From a virus (Duplodnaviria; Heunggongvirae; Uroviricota; Caudoviricetes): DNA of 42,217 nucleotides. The stretch lies in IMG/VR virus record IMGVR_UViG_2703718801_000022. One strand, given 5' to 3'. This document shows, piece by piece, positions 27,341 to 35,678 of this stretch; within the stretch, counting starts at the first letter, position 1, and every line of letters begins with the position of its first letter. The notes under the pieces are model-generated. The model was not told the DNA's origin and searched no databases. It was given only the letters and a program-made list of their open reading frames with translations. Position numbers and translations under genes: made by a program.

Positions 27341-27712
27341 ATGAACGACCAGCAAATCGAAAAAGAAATCGTTGAGAAAGGCAAAACGGTACCGCGAGTT
27401 ACGCCAGACCATATCGAAGGAATTATTGCTCAGGAGGCATATTTCACAGCAGAGGATGGTGCCTTTGGCAAAGCCATAAAAGCGAAACATACTGGCGGAG
27501 AGGTAAACTACCAGCCGCACGAATCACTTTCTCTGCTGACGTTCTGCGTCCTGGTGCTGCGCAACGGCTTCACCGTCACCGGAGAGAGCGCCTGTGCAAG
27601 CCCGGAAAACTTTGATGCAGAAATTGGTCGGAAGATTGCCAGGCAGAATGCTGTAAACAAAATCTGGATGCTCGAAGGTTACTTGCTGAAGCAGAAGCTA
27701 AGCGAGCAATAA
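27341..27712 (+). CDS. Phage Gp49-like family protein (moron)
   Basis: 123 aa; C-terminal ACASPENFDAEIGRKIARQNAVNKIWMLEGYLLKQ recalled as typical of the Gp49-like family; opposite strand to flanking late genes. Confidence 0.45.
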   Translation: MNDQQIEKEIVEKGKTVPRVTPDHIEGIIAQEAYFTAEDGAFGKAIKAKHTGGEVNYQPHESLSLLTFCVLVLRNGFTVTGESACASPENFDAEIGRKIARQNAVNKIWMLEGYLLKQKLSEQ

Positions 27713-27802
27713 CACCGTGACATGTCACAAACAGTCAGCCGATGAGCTGGCTTTGTTTTATCCTCATCAGAGGATATAAACGACATTATCCCCACCAGCG
27801 GA

Positions 27803-29278
27803 TTAAGCATACGGGTCATAATCTGTGATGGCCTTGCCTTGCTGGTTCTGCTGCCCAGGAATTCGCAGACGCTTCGACACAGGGAAAGCAAACGTCAGCA
27901 GTAGCGCATCGCCTTTACCCGGCGAACGCCCAAGACGCTCTTTGATATCTTCCTTCGGTTCGATAACGATTTTACCGTCCACACGAACTTTGTACTCTGC
28001 CGCCGACAGGTCGTCTGCAGTTTCCAGGTCATCCAGCATGCCGCCCAGCCTCAGCCATGTCTTACATGAGTTGAACATCTCCCCACGCTTGTTAAGCATC
28101 TGCGGGTCAGTGGACGCACCGCCGAACGGAACAAGTTGCCATGTACGTCCCCAGCCATCACCGATTGACTTCAAACCGGTTCCGTAACCGAAGTCGATGA
28201 ACACCGCGTCAGCCTGATACTGGTCTTCAAAGTCAGCGATACGCTTCGCCATAATCAGATCGTCGGTAGTCTTGTTGCCAGTCCACAGCACCTTACTGTG
28301 TAGCCCCTGCCGCAGGTATATCACCGCGTCATCAACGCCTGAATATGCCGGGTCAACACCGATTATCACCGGAGCATGCGCCACCTGCGCAGCGGTTACC
28401 ACCCGTTTCATTGCCTCATCAGTAAGACCGGTAGGGATAAACTGCAATTCAGATGCATCAGGGAATATGCCGCGCACACGGATTTTAACGAAGTCGCTGT
28501 CTTCCCCGTAGTCATCAACCCATTTCTGCAACTGCTGTTTGTTAGTGCCTTCCACCGTTCGGCTGTCAATCTGCGCAGTTTTCCAGCGGTGTTTATATTT
28601 GCGGAAACATTCGCGGAAACGTCCGGTGTTACGTGTAGGGTTTCCGAACGCCACCCAGATAATCTCAGTGTCTTCGTCCGTAAGCGCACCCTCAGCAACT
28701 TCCCACACCAGATCCGCAATGTTCGACGCTTCATCGAATACCACGATGATGCGTTTGCGCTCGTTGTGTAGTCCGGCGAATGCCTCAGTGTTGTGCTCAG
28801 ACCAAGGGATTGCGTCAGCTCGCCACCGCTTGTCGTGCCCAGGGTCATTGCTGTACATCGCGGTAGCGGTACAGGTAAACCACTCTTTCGTGATAGCAAG
28901 GTTCGACCACTTGATAATTTCCGGCCAGGTCTTCGTTCGTAGCTGGTTGTCGGTGTTGGCGGTCACCACGACCTTACAATCCTCGCAAGTGGACATGCCC
29001 CAGTTGATCAGCATTGAGATAAATGCGGATTTACCAATACCGTGACCAGAAGCGCGTGCCAGCATAAGCGGCTGATAGCGCGTCTCCGGATTCTGCAGGT
29101 GATCACGTATCTCTCGGAACGCATCAGCCTGCCACTGACGTGGGCCGGTAGCATGTGCCAGTTCAGTCCCCTCTTCCCCCCACGGGAACGCATAGAGGGC
29201 ATAGCCAAGCGGATCGTGAGTGAACCCTGCAATATCTTCGATTAACTGCTCTTCAGGAGATAACGCTGCATCTGTCAC
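27803..29278 (-). CDS. terL: Terminase large subunit
   Basis: 491 aa; Walker A-like ARASGHGIGKS, acidic ATPase motif VVFDEA, C-terminal nuclease region; precedes portal. Confidence 0.85.
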   Translation of the reverse strand: MTDAALSPEEQLIEDIAGFTHDPLGYALYAFPWGEEGTELAHATGPRQWQADAFREIRDHLQNPETRYQPLMLARASGHGIGKSAFISMLINWGMSTCEDCKVVVTANTDNQLRTKTWPEIIKWSNLAITKEWFTCTATAMYSNDPGHDKRWRADAIPWSEHNTEAFAGLHNERKRIIVVFDEASNIADLVWEVAEGALTDEDTEIIWVAFGNPTRNTGRFRECFRKYKHRWKTAQIDSRTVEGTNKQQLQKWVDDYGEDSDFVKIRVRGIFPDASELQFIPTGLTDEAMKRVVTAAQVAHAPVIIGVDPAYSGVDDAVIYLRQGLHSKVLWTGNKTTDDLIMAKRIADFEDQYQADAVFIDFGYGTGLKSIGDGWGRTWQLVPFGGASTDPQMLNKRGEMFNSCKTWLRLGGMLDDLETADDLSAAEYKVRVDGKIVIEPKEDIKERLGRSPGKGDALLLTFAFPVSKRLRIPGQQNQQGKAITDYDPYA

Positions 29279-29871
29279 TGATTACCATCCTGACGTTCTT
29301 TGAGTCGCTTCCTGGCTGCCGCTATGCGATCAGCAATTGTCACATTCACATTAACATCCAGGCGTTCTTTGAATGCGTTGACGTCGACGTGCTTACCAAT
29401 CAGTTCTAGGTTCTTCACCTTGTCAGGCCATTTAATTTTTTTGAGGATTGTCTCTATCGAGTCCTCGTTCATGTTCATAATGGTCGATGACAGATCAAAG
29501 CCGCTAAGCGTAGTGCGCCATATTTTCGGCCACTCGCGGATTGGCTTAAGACTCCCATCGTCGTTGAGGATATCAATCACGTCCATCTGGTCGATCTCCA
29601 CCAGGCGCATGAGAACGTAATCAGCACTGACGCGCATTCGTTTGTTGCGCTCTTCCATCAACTCGGCAATCCGTTTTTGAATGCGTTCATCGCGCATCAT
29701 GACGCTGGCTTTAACTGCCGCTGTATTTGGGGAGAATCCTGCGTTAATCGCTGCCTGAGTCTGGTTTTCAGGAGTTTTGATGTATGACTGGCAATAAGCC
29801 TCCTGCATTGCTGTTAGTGGCTTAAATTGCGTTGATTTGCGTTTATAGGTTTTAGGTTCAGCAGGCATCAT
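29275..29871 (-). CDS. terS: Terminase small subunit
   Basis: Coupled to terL; start set at internal ATG (MMPAEP) because the upstream ORF extension covers operator and terminator sequence. Confidence 0.65.
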   Translation of the reverse strand: MMPAEPKTYKRKSTQFKPLTAMQEAYCQSYIKTPENQTQAAINAGFSPNTAAVKASVMMRDERIQKRIAELMEERNKRMRVSADYVLMRLVEIDQMDVIDILNDDGSLKPIREWPKIWRTTLSGFDLSSTIMNMNEDSIETILKKIKWPDKVKNLELIGKHVDVNAFKERLDVNVNVTIADRIAAARKRLKERQDGNQ

Positions 29872-29903
29872 AACCACCGTGGTAATAGTTACCGTTGTGG
29901 TAA
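29871..29903. promoter_or_regulatory. Tandem operator-like palindromes at the entry of the late operon
   Basis: TTACC-GTTGT-GGTAA (29889-29903) and TAACC-ACCGT-GGTAA (29871-29885) abutting the terS start codon. Confidence 0.45.
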
Positions 29904-29912
29904 TAGTACCAT

Positions 29913-29941
29913 GCAAAATAAAGCCGCCATAGTTGGCGGCA
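29913..29941 (-). terminator. Terminator-like hairpin upstream of terS
   Basis: On the minus strand GCCGCCAACTATGGCGGC followed by TTTATTTTG. Confidence 0.45.
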
Positions 29942-29945
29942 GTAT

Positions 29946-30179
29946 TCAAAGTCCATCAAATTCATCGTAAAAACTCTCGTCAAGATACCCTTCCCATTTA
30001 CCGCGAATGAAAATTACATCCTCGCCGCAAGGGTGCTGACTGTCGATAACTATATCCCTCCTGGCGCAACCATACTTATGCATGAGAAATTTAACCTCTT
30101 TCGGAAAATTTGCTGAGTTATCTCTCATATCTTCAAGGTCGTAGCGTATTTTTGGCATAACACCTTCGTGACATGTCAC
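29946..30179 (-). CDS. Hypothetical protein
   Basis: 77 aa ORF; start overlaps palindrome GTGACATGTCAC. Confidence 0.4.
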   Translation of the reverse strand: MTCHEGVMPKIRYDLEDMRDNSANFPKEVKFLMHKYGCARRDIVIDSQHPCGEDVIFIRGKWEGYLDESFYDEFDGL

Positions 30180-30514
30180 ACTATTAATTTCGTTTCATGC
30201 CAGCCTTTAGTCACCCAGCATTGTGAGTCACCATTACACGGACATGAATTAACTGGAACTCTCTCGCCGCACTTACCGCAACGTTTTCTACTGATCGATT
30301 TTATACGCCCGCGCACGCGTGCATCATCCTGGCGGATCAGTAACGCTATATACTCACAAAATTCGTAAGGCGCACGCCCGGGGCGACGCGCGGCACAGTT
30401 ACGCTCAAGCATTTCAATTTCCTGAGCATCAAGCACAATTTCCAGCTTACGCACACCAGATGCAGCTTGTCTTGCTCTCTGAGCGGCTTTGCGCTCTGCT
30501 GCTGATTTAGCCAT
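30176..30514 (-). CDS. Cys-rich zinc-ribbon-like protein, possible late regulator
   Basis: 112 aa basic N-terminus and CGKCG...CPCNGDSQC cluster; last early gene before terminase. Confidence 0.45.
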   Translation of the reverse strand: MAKSAAERKAAQRARQAASGVRKLEIVLDAQEIEMLERNCAARRPGRAPYEFCEYIALLIRQDDARVRGRIKSISRKRCGKCGERVPVNSCPCNGDSQCWVTKGWHETKLIV

Positions 30515-30788
30515 TGATATTCACCTTTATCGCGAACACCTTTACCGGTTTATCGCCGAAGTGGGGATGTGTGATTGTCTTGATTTCATATCCGTCATAC
30601 GGGACATCAATTCTGCGGCTGGAGTCGTCGCGCTTCGGATATCCCTTTGTGATAATCAGGCGGTCATACTTACGGTTAACGAGGCGCTTATTCCAATAGT
30701 CATTACACAGGCGATACTCTTCCGTTTTCTCTCTGCGAATCATGGCATCGAAGTATTCACCTTTGACGGCAAGTTGCAGGTTAGCCAC
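30507..30788 (-). CDS. Hypothetical protein
   Basis: 93 aa ORF coupled in the early operon. Confidence 0.45.
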   Translation of the reverse strand: MANLQLAVKGEYFDAMIRREKTEEYRLCNDYWNKRLVNRKYDRLIITKGYPKRDDSSRRIDVPYDGYEIKTITHPHFGDKPVKVFAIKVNING

Positions 30789-31065
30789 GACCTTCCTCCT
30801 TTGGCTTGTGAATTTGTATCGTCATGCCGCTTTGAGTGGTGACTACAATGACAGAACCAGGCTGAAGGCTGTTAAGATTGAATGCTTCGTAAAACGAATC
30901 CAATGCCAGTGCTTTTTTATTCTTTCGGTTCCACCAACGCCATCCCTTGCTACAGGCTACACTGACAATCCACTGTCCACTCCTGTAAGCCATATAAAAC
31001 CAGATGAGCAAAACCTGAAGGAATTCTATCCAGTCAATAATCGTATATTTCGCGAAGGAGTCCAT
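30781..31065 (-). CDS. Small hydrophobic protein
   Basis: Start taken at internal ATG forming TAATG overlap with upstream gene; hydrophobic segment IDWIEFLQVLLIWFYMAY. Confidence 0.35.
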   Translation of the reverse strand: MDSFAKYTIIDWIEFLQVLLIWFYMAYRSGQWIVSVACSKGWRWWNRKNKKALALDSFYEAFNLNSLQPGSVIVVTTQSGMTIQIHKPKEEGRG

Positions 31066-31631
31066 TACTTCATCTCCTGCGGCGGTTCTGGTAGAGGCAT
31101 CCAGTACAAGGCGTTCCCTAACCACGATAAAGTGCCGTCGCTCAACTCCACGTATTCCCCTTGTACCTGTCCTGCCATATACTCGCCGTGCTTTGAATAA
31201 ATTAAAATCCAATCATCTTGAGCGGGCATTCGCTCACTACAGCTTATCCAACCATCCAGAGTTACCGGATAGTTGGTTGACGTTTCCGAGATTTCCCGAA
31301 AATTATTGGTTGACGAACCCTTCTTTTCCCGAAAGTTTCCAGCCTGAAGCATGGCGGCGCTGTCTGGCGGGGCAGCATATAGCGGCACGTATATTTCCGG
31401 TTCCTTATCAGCACCGGGTTGCTCTTCCAGTGAGAATGTCTTTCCAGTAAATCGATTCATATAAAGCACGGGCTCTGCTTCCAGCGAAGCCTGAGCAACA
31501 AGGGCCAGTGCTAAATCCAACTCAATTGCCTCGAGAGAATTTTTGAATGCTGTCTGTTTTACTGCAAATTTCATCGCCTTTACATTTTCACTAACATGAC
31601 TGATTAACTGCTCTTTTGTAAAAGTGGTCAT
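31065..31631 (-). CDS. DUF551-like phage protein
   Basis: Start at ATG preceded by AAGGAG; C-terminal W..ALYWMPLPEPP motif recalled from DUF551. Confidence 0.5.
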   Translation of the reverse strand: MTTFTKEQLISHVSENVKAMKFAVKQTAFKNSLEAIELDLALALVAQASLEAEPVLYMNRFTGKTFSLEEQPGADKEPEIYVPLYAAPPDSAAMLQAGNFREKKGSSTNNFREISETSTNYPVTLDGWISCSERMPAQDDWILIYSKHGEYMAGQVQGEYVELSDGTLSWLGNALYWMPLPEPPQEMK

Positions 31632-31632
31632 C

Positions 31633-32220
31633 TCATTCTCCTTTGATGCGAATGCCAGCGGCACGGGAATTATTCCATCGCTTTACTTCTTCACGAATTA
31701 CGTCAATGCATTCTTTCGAATCCATTAGGTAATCTTCATCAAAAAGCCTTTCCTGTTCGTTTTCTATCGCAACAATGATTGCTTCAACTAACTTTTGTGC
31801 CTGAGAACCACTTTCTAACTCTGCAATGCGCTTCTCTGATGCTTCAAGTAACGCCTGCTTATCGCGTAGCGCTTCTTCCAGTTCAGCAACATGGCACTCA
31901 CTATCAATAAGGTTGTTCTCTGCGGCTTCCAGCTCAACACGCAGCCTCCCAACCGTTAGCGCAATATCCTCGTTCTCCTGGTCGCGGCGTTTGATGTATT
32001 GCTGGTTTCTTTCCCGTTCATCCAGTAGTGCCAAAGCAACCTTTGGATTAAAGGCAGCAATAAATTCAGCGTTGTTTTTCAGAACGTGTTGCGCAATGGC
32101 CTGACCACTTAGTCGGACCTTATAACCACGTGCGCCACGGTGTGGTTTATATGAGTCCCAGTCTCCCCACGTTGCTTTTTCTGCCTTTTCACGAAGTGCC
32201 TGATAGTCAATTTCGCTCAC
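31633..32220 (-). CDS. Ead/Ea22-like coiled-coil protein
   Basis: 195 aa; charged coiled-coil centre; typical early-region accessory gene. Confidence 0.5.
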   Translation of the reverse strand: MSEIDYQALREKAEKATWGDWDSYKPHRGARGYKVRLSGQAIAQHVLKNNAEFIAAFNPKVALALLDERERNQQYIKRRDQENEDIALTVGRLRVELEAAENNLIDSECHVAELEEALRDKQALLEASEKRIAELESGSQAQKLVEAIIVAIENEQERLFDEDYLMDSKECIDVIREEVKRWNNSRAAGIRIKGE

Positions 32221-32524
32221 TGGTTGTCTCCTTTGCTGGACCTTCTAACTTCTGAGTGGTTGTATCAAACTCAAACAACTTAACCACGTCATCAAACAGG
32301 ACATAATCGCCATCAGAATCTTCAGTCATGTCAGCGCCACAATCCTGACCGCACGAGTCGCAACCTCCCATATCAAGCTCGTATCGCTTCAGGTTTGCGA
32401 TATTTGATAAATTCAGCGCCAGTACAGCCAGGTCATAAACCTCTTCGGCGGTATACCCTGCACCATGCCCATACATTTCAATGCGCGATATGATTTCTTC
32501 TACTCGTTGTTTTGTGATTGTCAT
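32207..32524 (-). CDS. Hypothetical acidic protein
   Basis: 105 aa ORF coupled in the early operon. Confidence 0.45.
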   Translation of the reverse strand: MTITKQRVEEIISRIEMYGHGAGYTAEEVYDLAVLALNLSNIANLKRYELDMGGCDSCGQDCGADMTEDSDGDYVLFDDVVKLFEFDTTTQKLEGPAKETTSERN

Positions 32525-33191
32525 TTTTGCCCTCCTCCTTTGCGAAGCTGGGCAGCAAAGTCACGGATAGTGCCATCAAGGTCTGGACACAACAGATTGT
32601 CAGCAAACATCTCAACCCCCTGTGCACGAATTTCAGCCAGGAAAGCATCGGTGGCTGGGGTGTCGATATTAGGCAGAAGCGCATAATCGCAAATCGTATC
32701 GATCGCAGGATCACAACAGTCATCCTCGTTGCGTGGTCGTTCGCCAACCTTCGTTGACGATTGCATGATGATTCCCCAGCAAATACTATCGACCTCTTCG
32801 CTCCATCCATCGCAAGCATCACCGCGATAGTCGTCGATTGCAGCCTCAGCCGATTCGATAGCTTCCTCAGCAGTTTTGTGCCATTCGAAATTATGCTCAG
32901 AGCCATATGAGAAATATGAATGTCCCGCCTTCAGCCCCGCATTCTCCGCCGCCAGCGCCGAAAACTTCTCGTGTGCCAACTTAACAGCCGAATCAGCCTG
33001 CTTAATTGACTCAATCGCTCTCTGGTGGTCTTCGGCCAGCGCATTAGACGCACCAGTTGCACTTCCAGTTGCGTTGCCAAATCGCTGATCAGCTTTGCCA
33101 CACTGCGCATATCTACGGCACCACATTCTGCTTTCAGTTCCGAAGCCATCTCATGCCCGGCGGCAACTAACCCTTTGATATTACTTTCCAT
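32521..33191 (-). pseudogene. Ead/Ea22-like gene with apparent internal frameshift
   Basis: Good RBS (GAGGGT) and start at 33191 open an 86-aa ORF whose distal part is Arg-rich junk, while the overlapping 201-aa ORF has an implausible N-terminus; frames appear to switch near repeated GCAACTGG. Confidence 0.35.
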
Positions 33192-33252
33192 CTTTACCCT
33201 CGCTTATCCACATAACTTATTGATTACACTGATAACTAAAAAGATCGTCGAT

Positions 33253-33597
33253 TCAGAACTCTTCGATGTTCCAGCCACCACCTGCTTTCTTTGGTTTAAC
33301 CGTTACCCCGATGATTCGGAACGGATACTGATCTGCGGCGACTTTGGTTTTCACCCTGGCGTCGTCGGTCCAGAAACCTTTCACTTCGTGCAGTTCCATC
33401 TCGCCGGTGACGAGCATCACAGCAAAATCGGGCGTATAGAACGTGTTGTCAGCTAACCGCAGCTTGATACCCTCGAATCGATACCAGGCGATTTCCCCTG
33501 CACGTTTACGCAGCTCAAGGTGCTGGCAATACGCAGATTCTGTTTTGTTCATCTGGCCTGTTTTGAGTCGACCAAGAGCCTGTATCTGTTTTCTCAT
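33253..33597 (-). CDS. DUF1064-like phage protein
   Basis: 114 aa; pattern recalled from DUF1064 early-region proteins. Confidence 0.45.
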   Translation of the reverse strand: MRKQIQALGRLKTGQMNKTESAYCQHLELRKRAGEIAWYRFEGIKLRLADNTFYTPDFAVMLVTGEMELHEVKGFWTDDARVKTKVAADQYPFRIIGVTVKPKKAGGGWNIEEF

Positions 33598-33600
33598 GAT

Positions 33601-33678
33601 TTACCCCTGAGGTAATTAAAAACCACATAAGACACGAAATCAATAGAGTTTAGAATATTTTGTTACCCAACAGGTAAT
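33601..33678. promoter_or_regulatory. Two operator-like palindromes between replication and accessory early genes
   Basis: TTACC-CCTGA-GGTAA (33601-33615) and TTACC-CAACA-GGTAA (33664-33678). Confidence 0.45.
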
Positions 33679-33714
33679 TATCAAGACGTAAAAAAATGCG
33701 CTATCGCGCTGGTA

Positions 33715-34515
33715 TTACTTGATAAATCCTGCCGCCTTTCCCCGCCTGTATTCCTCCATCAGCCACTGCGCCGGTGTTATTCCCCCCAGGGTGGCGGCGT
33801 TAGGCATGCACCCGAAACTTCGCCCTGGCGGGTGGTAAACGTCTCTCCCTGTGTCCGGAGGCGTACTCATGGGTTCTGGCTTTGCCTGTATGCTGATCAC
33901 CGGATCGGGTATCTGCTGTCCGGAAGCCACCTTTTTCGCCCAATCATCGAGCAGCCTGCGCGCGTGTTTCTCAACCTCAATCTCGCTAAGCTGGCGCTGA
34001 TACATTGCACGGCGGGTATCACATACGACCCAGTACATAACCGGATGCCGCCACGGGAATCTTTCGGGACCACCAGGATATAAACTTTTTTCTTTGCTGT
34101 ACCGGTGAAACTCCGCCATCACATCGTCAATGGTGACGCCAAGAACCATCTTGCTGTCTTTACACCACTTGATGAATTGCCCTGGCGACGGCCAGAACGG
34201 AGATTCACTGGCGCGGGCATGGCGCATACCAGCAGAAACCTGTTCACGGGTTCGGATCCCCCCTTCGGCAAACGCAGCAATCCACTGCTGTTTTGCAGCA
34301 ACTTCCTGCTCTGGCGTCTTCAGGTTGGTTACCACTGCCGCCGGAAAGAGTTGTTTCAGCTGTTTGAAAAGGGCATCAACAAGCCTCTCTGCTGACATGT
34401 TCACCACATTGTCATTGTTGACGTATTGATGCTCATAACCTGACATGCGAGAAAGGGCTTCTCCGTCACGGTTTTGTATCGCGGTAAAAACGTTGTTCAC
34501 AAGAAATCCTCCCAC
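33715..34515 (-). CDS. Replication protein P-like (helicase loader)
   Basis: 266 aa; blocks resembling lambda P (QWIAAFAEGGIRTREQVSAGMRHAR, FWPSPGQFIKWC, YPGGPERFPWRHPVMYWVV). Confidence 0.75.
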   Translation of the reverse strand: MGGFLVNNVFTAIQNRDGEALSRMSGYEHQYVNNDNVVNMSAERLVDALFKQLKQLFPAAVVTNLKTPEQEVAAKQQWIAAFAEGGIRTREQVSAGMRHARASESPFWPSPGQFIKWCKDSKMVLGVTIDDVMAEFHRYSKEKSLYPGGPERFPWRHPVMYWVVCDTRRAMYQRQLSEIEVEKHARRLLDDWAKKVASGQQIPDPVISIQAKPEPMSTPPDTGRDVYHPPGRSFGCMPNAATLGGITPAQWLMEEYRRGKAAGFIK

Positions 34516-35312
34516 GCTTCAGGGCTGTTCCAGTGCGGAACGTTGTTATCAGGTAATGTTGATTGCTTCTGTCTGCTAATCTGCATCCGCCTTGCCAACT
34601 TCTGCTCCCACTGTGCCTGATGGTATGCCTTACCCTCAGCCATCCAGTAAATTCTGAACTCTGCAAGTTCCTGTGCCGTTGGCAGACTGTCCAGGTAGAT
34701 CCCCTGCAATGAGCTTTTCCGAAGAAAGTCATCTGATGGTTGCCATTGTTCATGCATGACAAATTTGCCTAATTGCCCTGGCCCACCAGGAGGAACAAAG
34801 TTATTCATCACGGCGTTGTTTGCGCCGGGGTCATGAGACACAGAATCCCCGTTTTTTGTCCTGCTCTCCCTCTCTTGGTTAAATGACTGGTTATATGACT
34901 GGTTCTGGATCCCGTTTTTGGGATCATTCAACATCCCGTTTTTGGGATCATTCAACATCCCGTTTTTGGGTATATTCCCGTTTTCGGTAACATTACCGTT
35001 TTCGGGTTCATTACCCCCTTCCCGGTTGCCTTTAATGTTCCCGTTTTTGGTTATATTAAGAGAGAAAACCCGCACTCTTTTCGTCGCTCCCTTTCTCTCT
35101 CCGGTATCTGAAATAAGCCCCATTTTCATGAGCGATATAAGCCCGGCCTGCACGGTTTTTTTATTCAGGCAAGTGTCTTTAACGAGGCGTTCTATGCTGG
35201 GGTAGCAGAGGTTATATTCATCGGCTCTGTCAGCCATCGAGAGCAGTATGAGCTTTAATGACGAGCTACCTGGATCTGTCTCCCAGGCCCAATCTGTTGC
35301 ATGTCTGCTCAT
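34497..35312 (-). CDS. Replication initiator O-like protein
   Basis: N-terminal HTH-like domain, internal Asn/Gly repeat linker encoded by iterons, C-terminal domain; precedes P-like gene. Confidence 0.7.
   Translation of the reverse strand: MSRHATDWAWETDPGSSSLKLILLSMADRADEYNLCYPSIERLVKDTCLNKKTVQAGLISLMKMGLISDTGERKGATKRVRVFSLNITKNGNIKGNREGGNEPENGNVTENGNIPKNGMLNDPKNGMLNDPKNGIQNQSYNQSFNQERESRTKNGDSVSHDPGANNAVMNNFVPPGGPGQLGKFVMHEQWQPSDDFLRKSSLQGIYLDSLPTAQELAEFRIYWMAEGKAYHQAQWEQKLARRMQISRQKQSTLPDNNVPHWNSPEAWEDFL
34905..35052. repeat. Origin-like iteron array inside the O-like gene
   Basis: CCCGTTTT(T/C)GG recurs about six times with 18-24-bp period (e.g. 34911, 34935, 34959, 34977, 34996, 35040). 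Confidence 0.7.
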
Positions 35313-35327
35313 GATTAATCTCCGCTA

Positions 35328-35528
35328 TCAGCTTGAATGTTGTGGGGAGGAATTAATCATGATCTGCTTAATCTCTGCCCTGATGCGACGGTTTGATTCC
35401 ATGGTGCACTCAACACAGTGTCCGTTGTAAACCCAGCGTTCACTGTCATGTCCGTGCTTACATGGTTTTCCGGTGTAGTAGCGTTTAAGTCCGCGCTTTG
35501 CGGCATCAATACGTGTAATGATTTCCAT
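35328..35528 (-). CDS. Small zinc-finger-like protein (cII-position gene)
   Basis: 66 aa from internal ATG; CKHGH...HCVEC cluster; between cro-like and O-like genes. Confidence 0.4.
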   Translation of the reverse strand: MEIITRIDAAKRGLKRYYTGKPCKHGHDSERWVYNGHCVECTMESNRRIRAEIKQIMINSSPQHSS

Positions 35529-35607
35529 GGTAAGCTCTGTTATTAGTATTGGGATTACGGTTATTTTGTGCTGACACAAAAAAAAGATCAACCAGATTTG
35601 GTTTTTT

Positions 35608-35622
35608 ATTACCTTTAAGGTA
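35608..35622. promoter_or_regulatory. Operator-like palindrome TTACC-TTTAA-GGTAC
   Basis: One-mismatch member of the dispersed family downstream of cro-like gene. Confidence 0.4.
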
Positions 35623-35632
35623 CGAATAGATA

Positions 35633-35660
35633 TGAAAAGACCGCCGGATGGCGGTCTACA
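35633..35660 (-). terminator. Terminator-like hairpin downstream of cro-like gene
   Basis: On the minus strand GACCGCCATCCGGCGGTC followed by TTTTCAT. Confidence 0.45.
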
Positions 35661-35678
35661 GAGGGTTGTGGCTGGATA

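Noticed and set aside
11756-29245. Numerous 60-170-aa ORFs antisense to or out of frame within the large structural and terminase genes (for example 12344-12706, 14070-14288, 18682-18915, 20493-21182, 28376-28771, 28539-29045)
   Set aside because: They are fully embedded in long, well-supported genes, lack RBS and have biased junk-like composition; considered frame shadows.
29946-30514. Q-type late antiterminator
   Set aside because: Neither small protein resembles the lambda, 82 or 21 Q families as far as I can recall; only a generic Cys cluster is present, so no antiterminator call was made.
34905-35052. Short direct repeats that could be mistaken for a CRISPR array
   Set aside because: Repeats are about 11 bp with 18-24-bp period, lie inside a coding region and encode a repetitive linker; no cas genes nearby. 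Interpreted as origin iterons.
35570-35595. Alternative TTG start of the zinc-finger gene at 35591
   Set aside because: My reading of the homopolymer here (A7 versus the A8 implied by the ORF track) is ambiguous and the region overlaps operator and terminator sequence; the internal ATG at 35528 was used instead.
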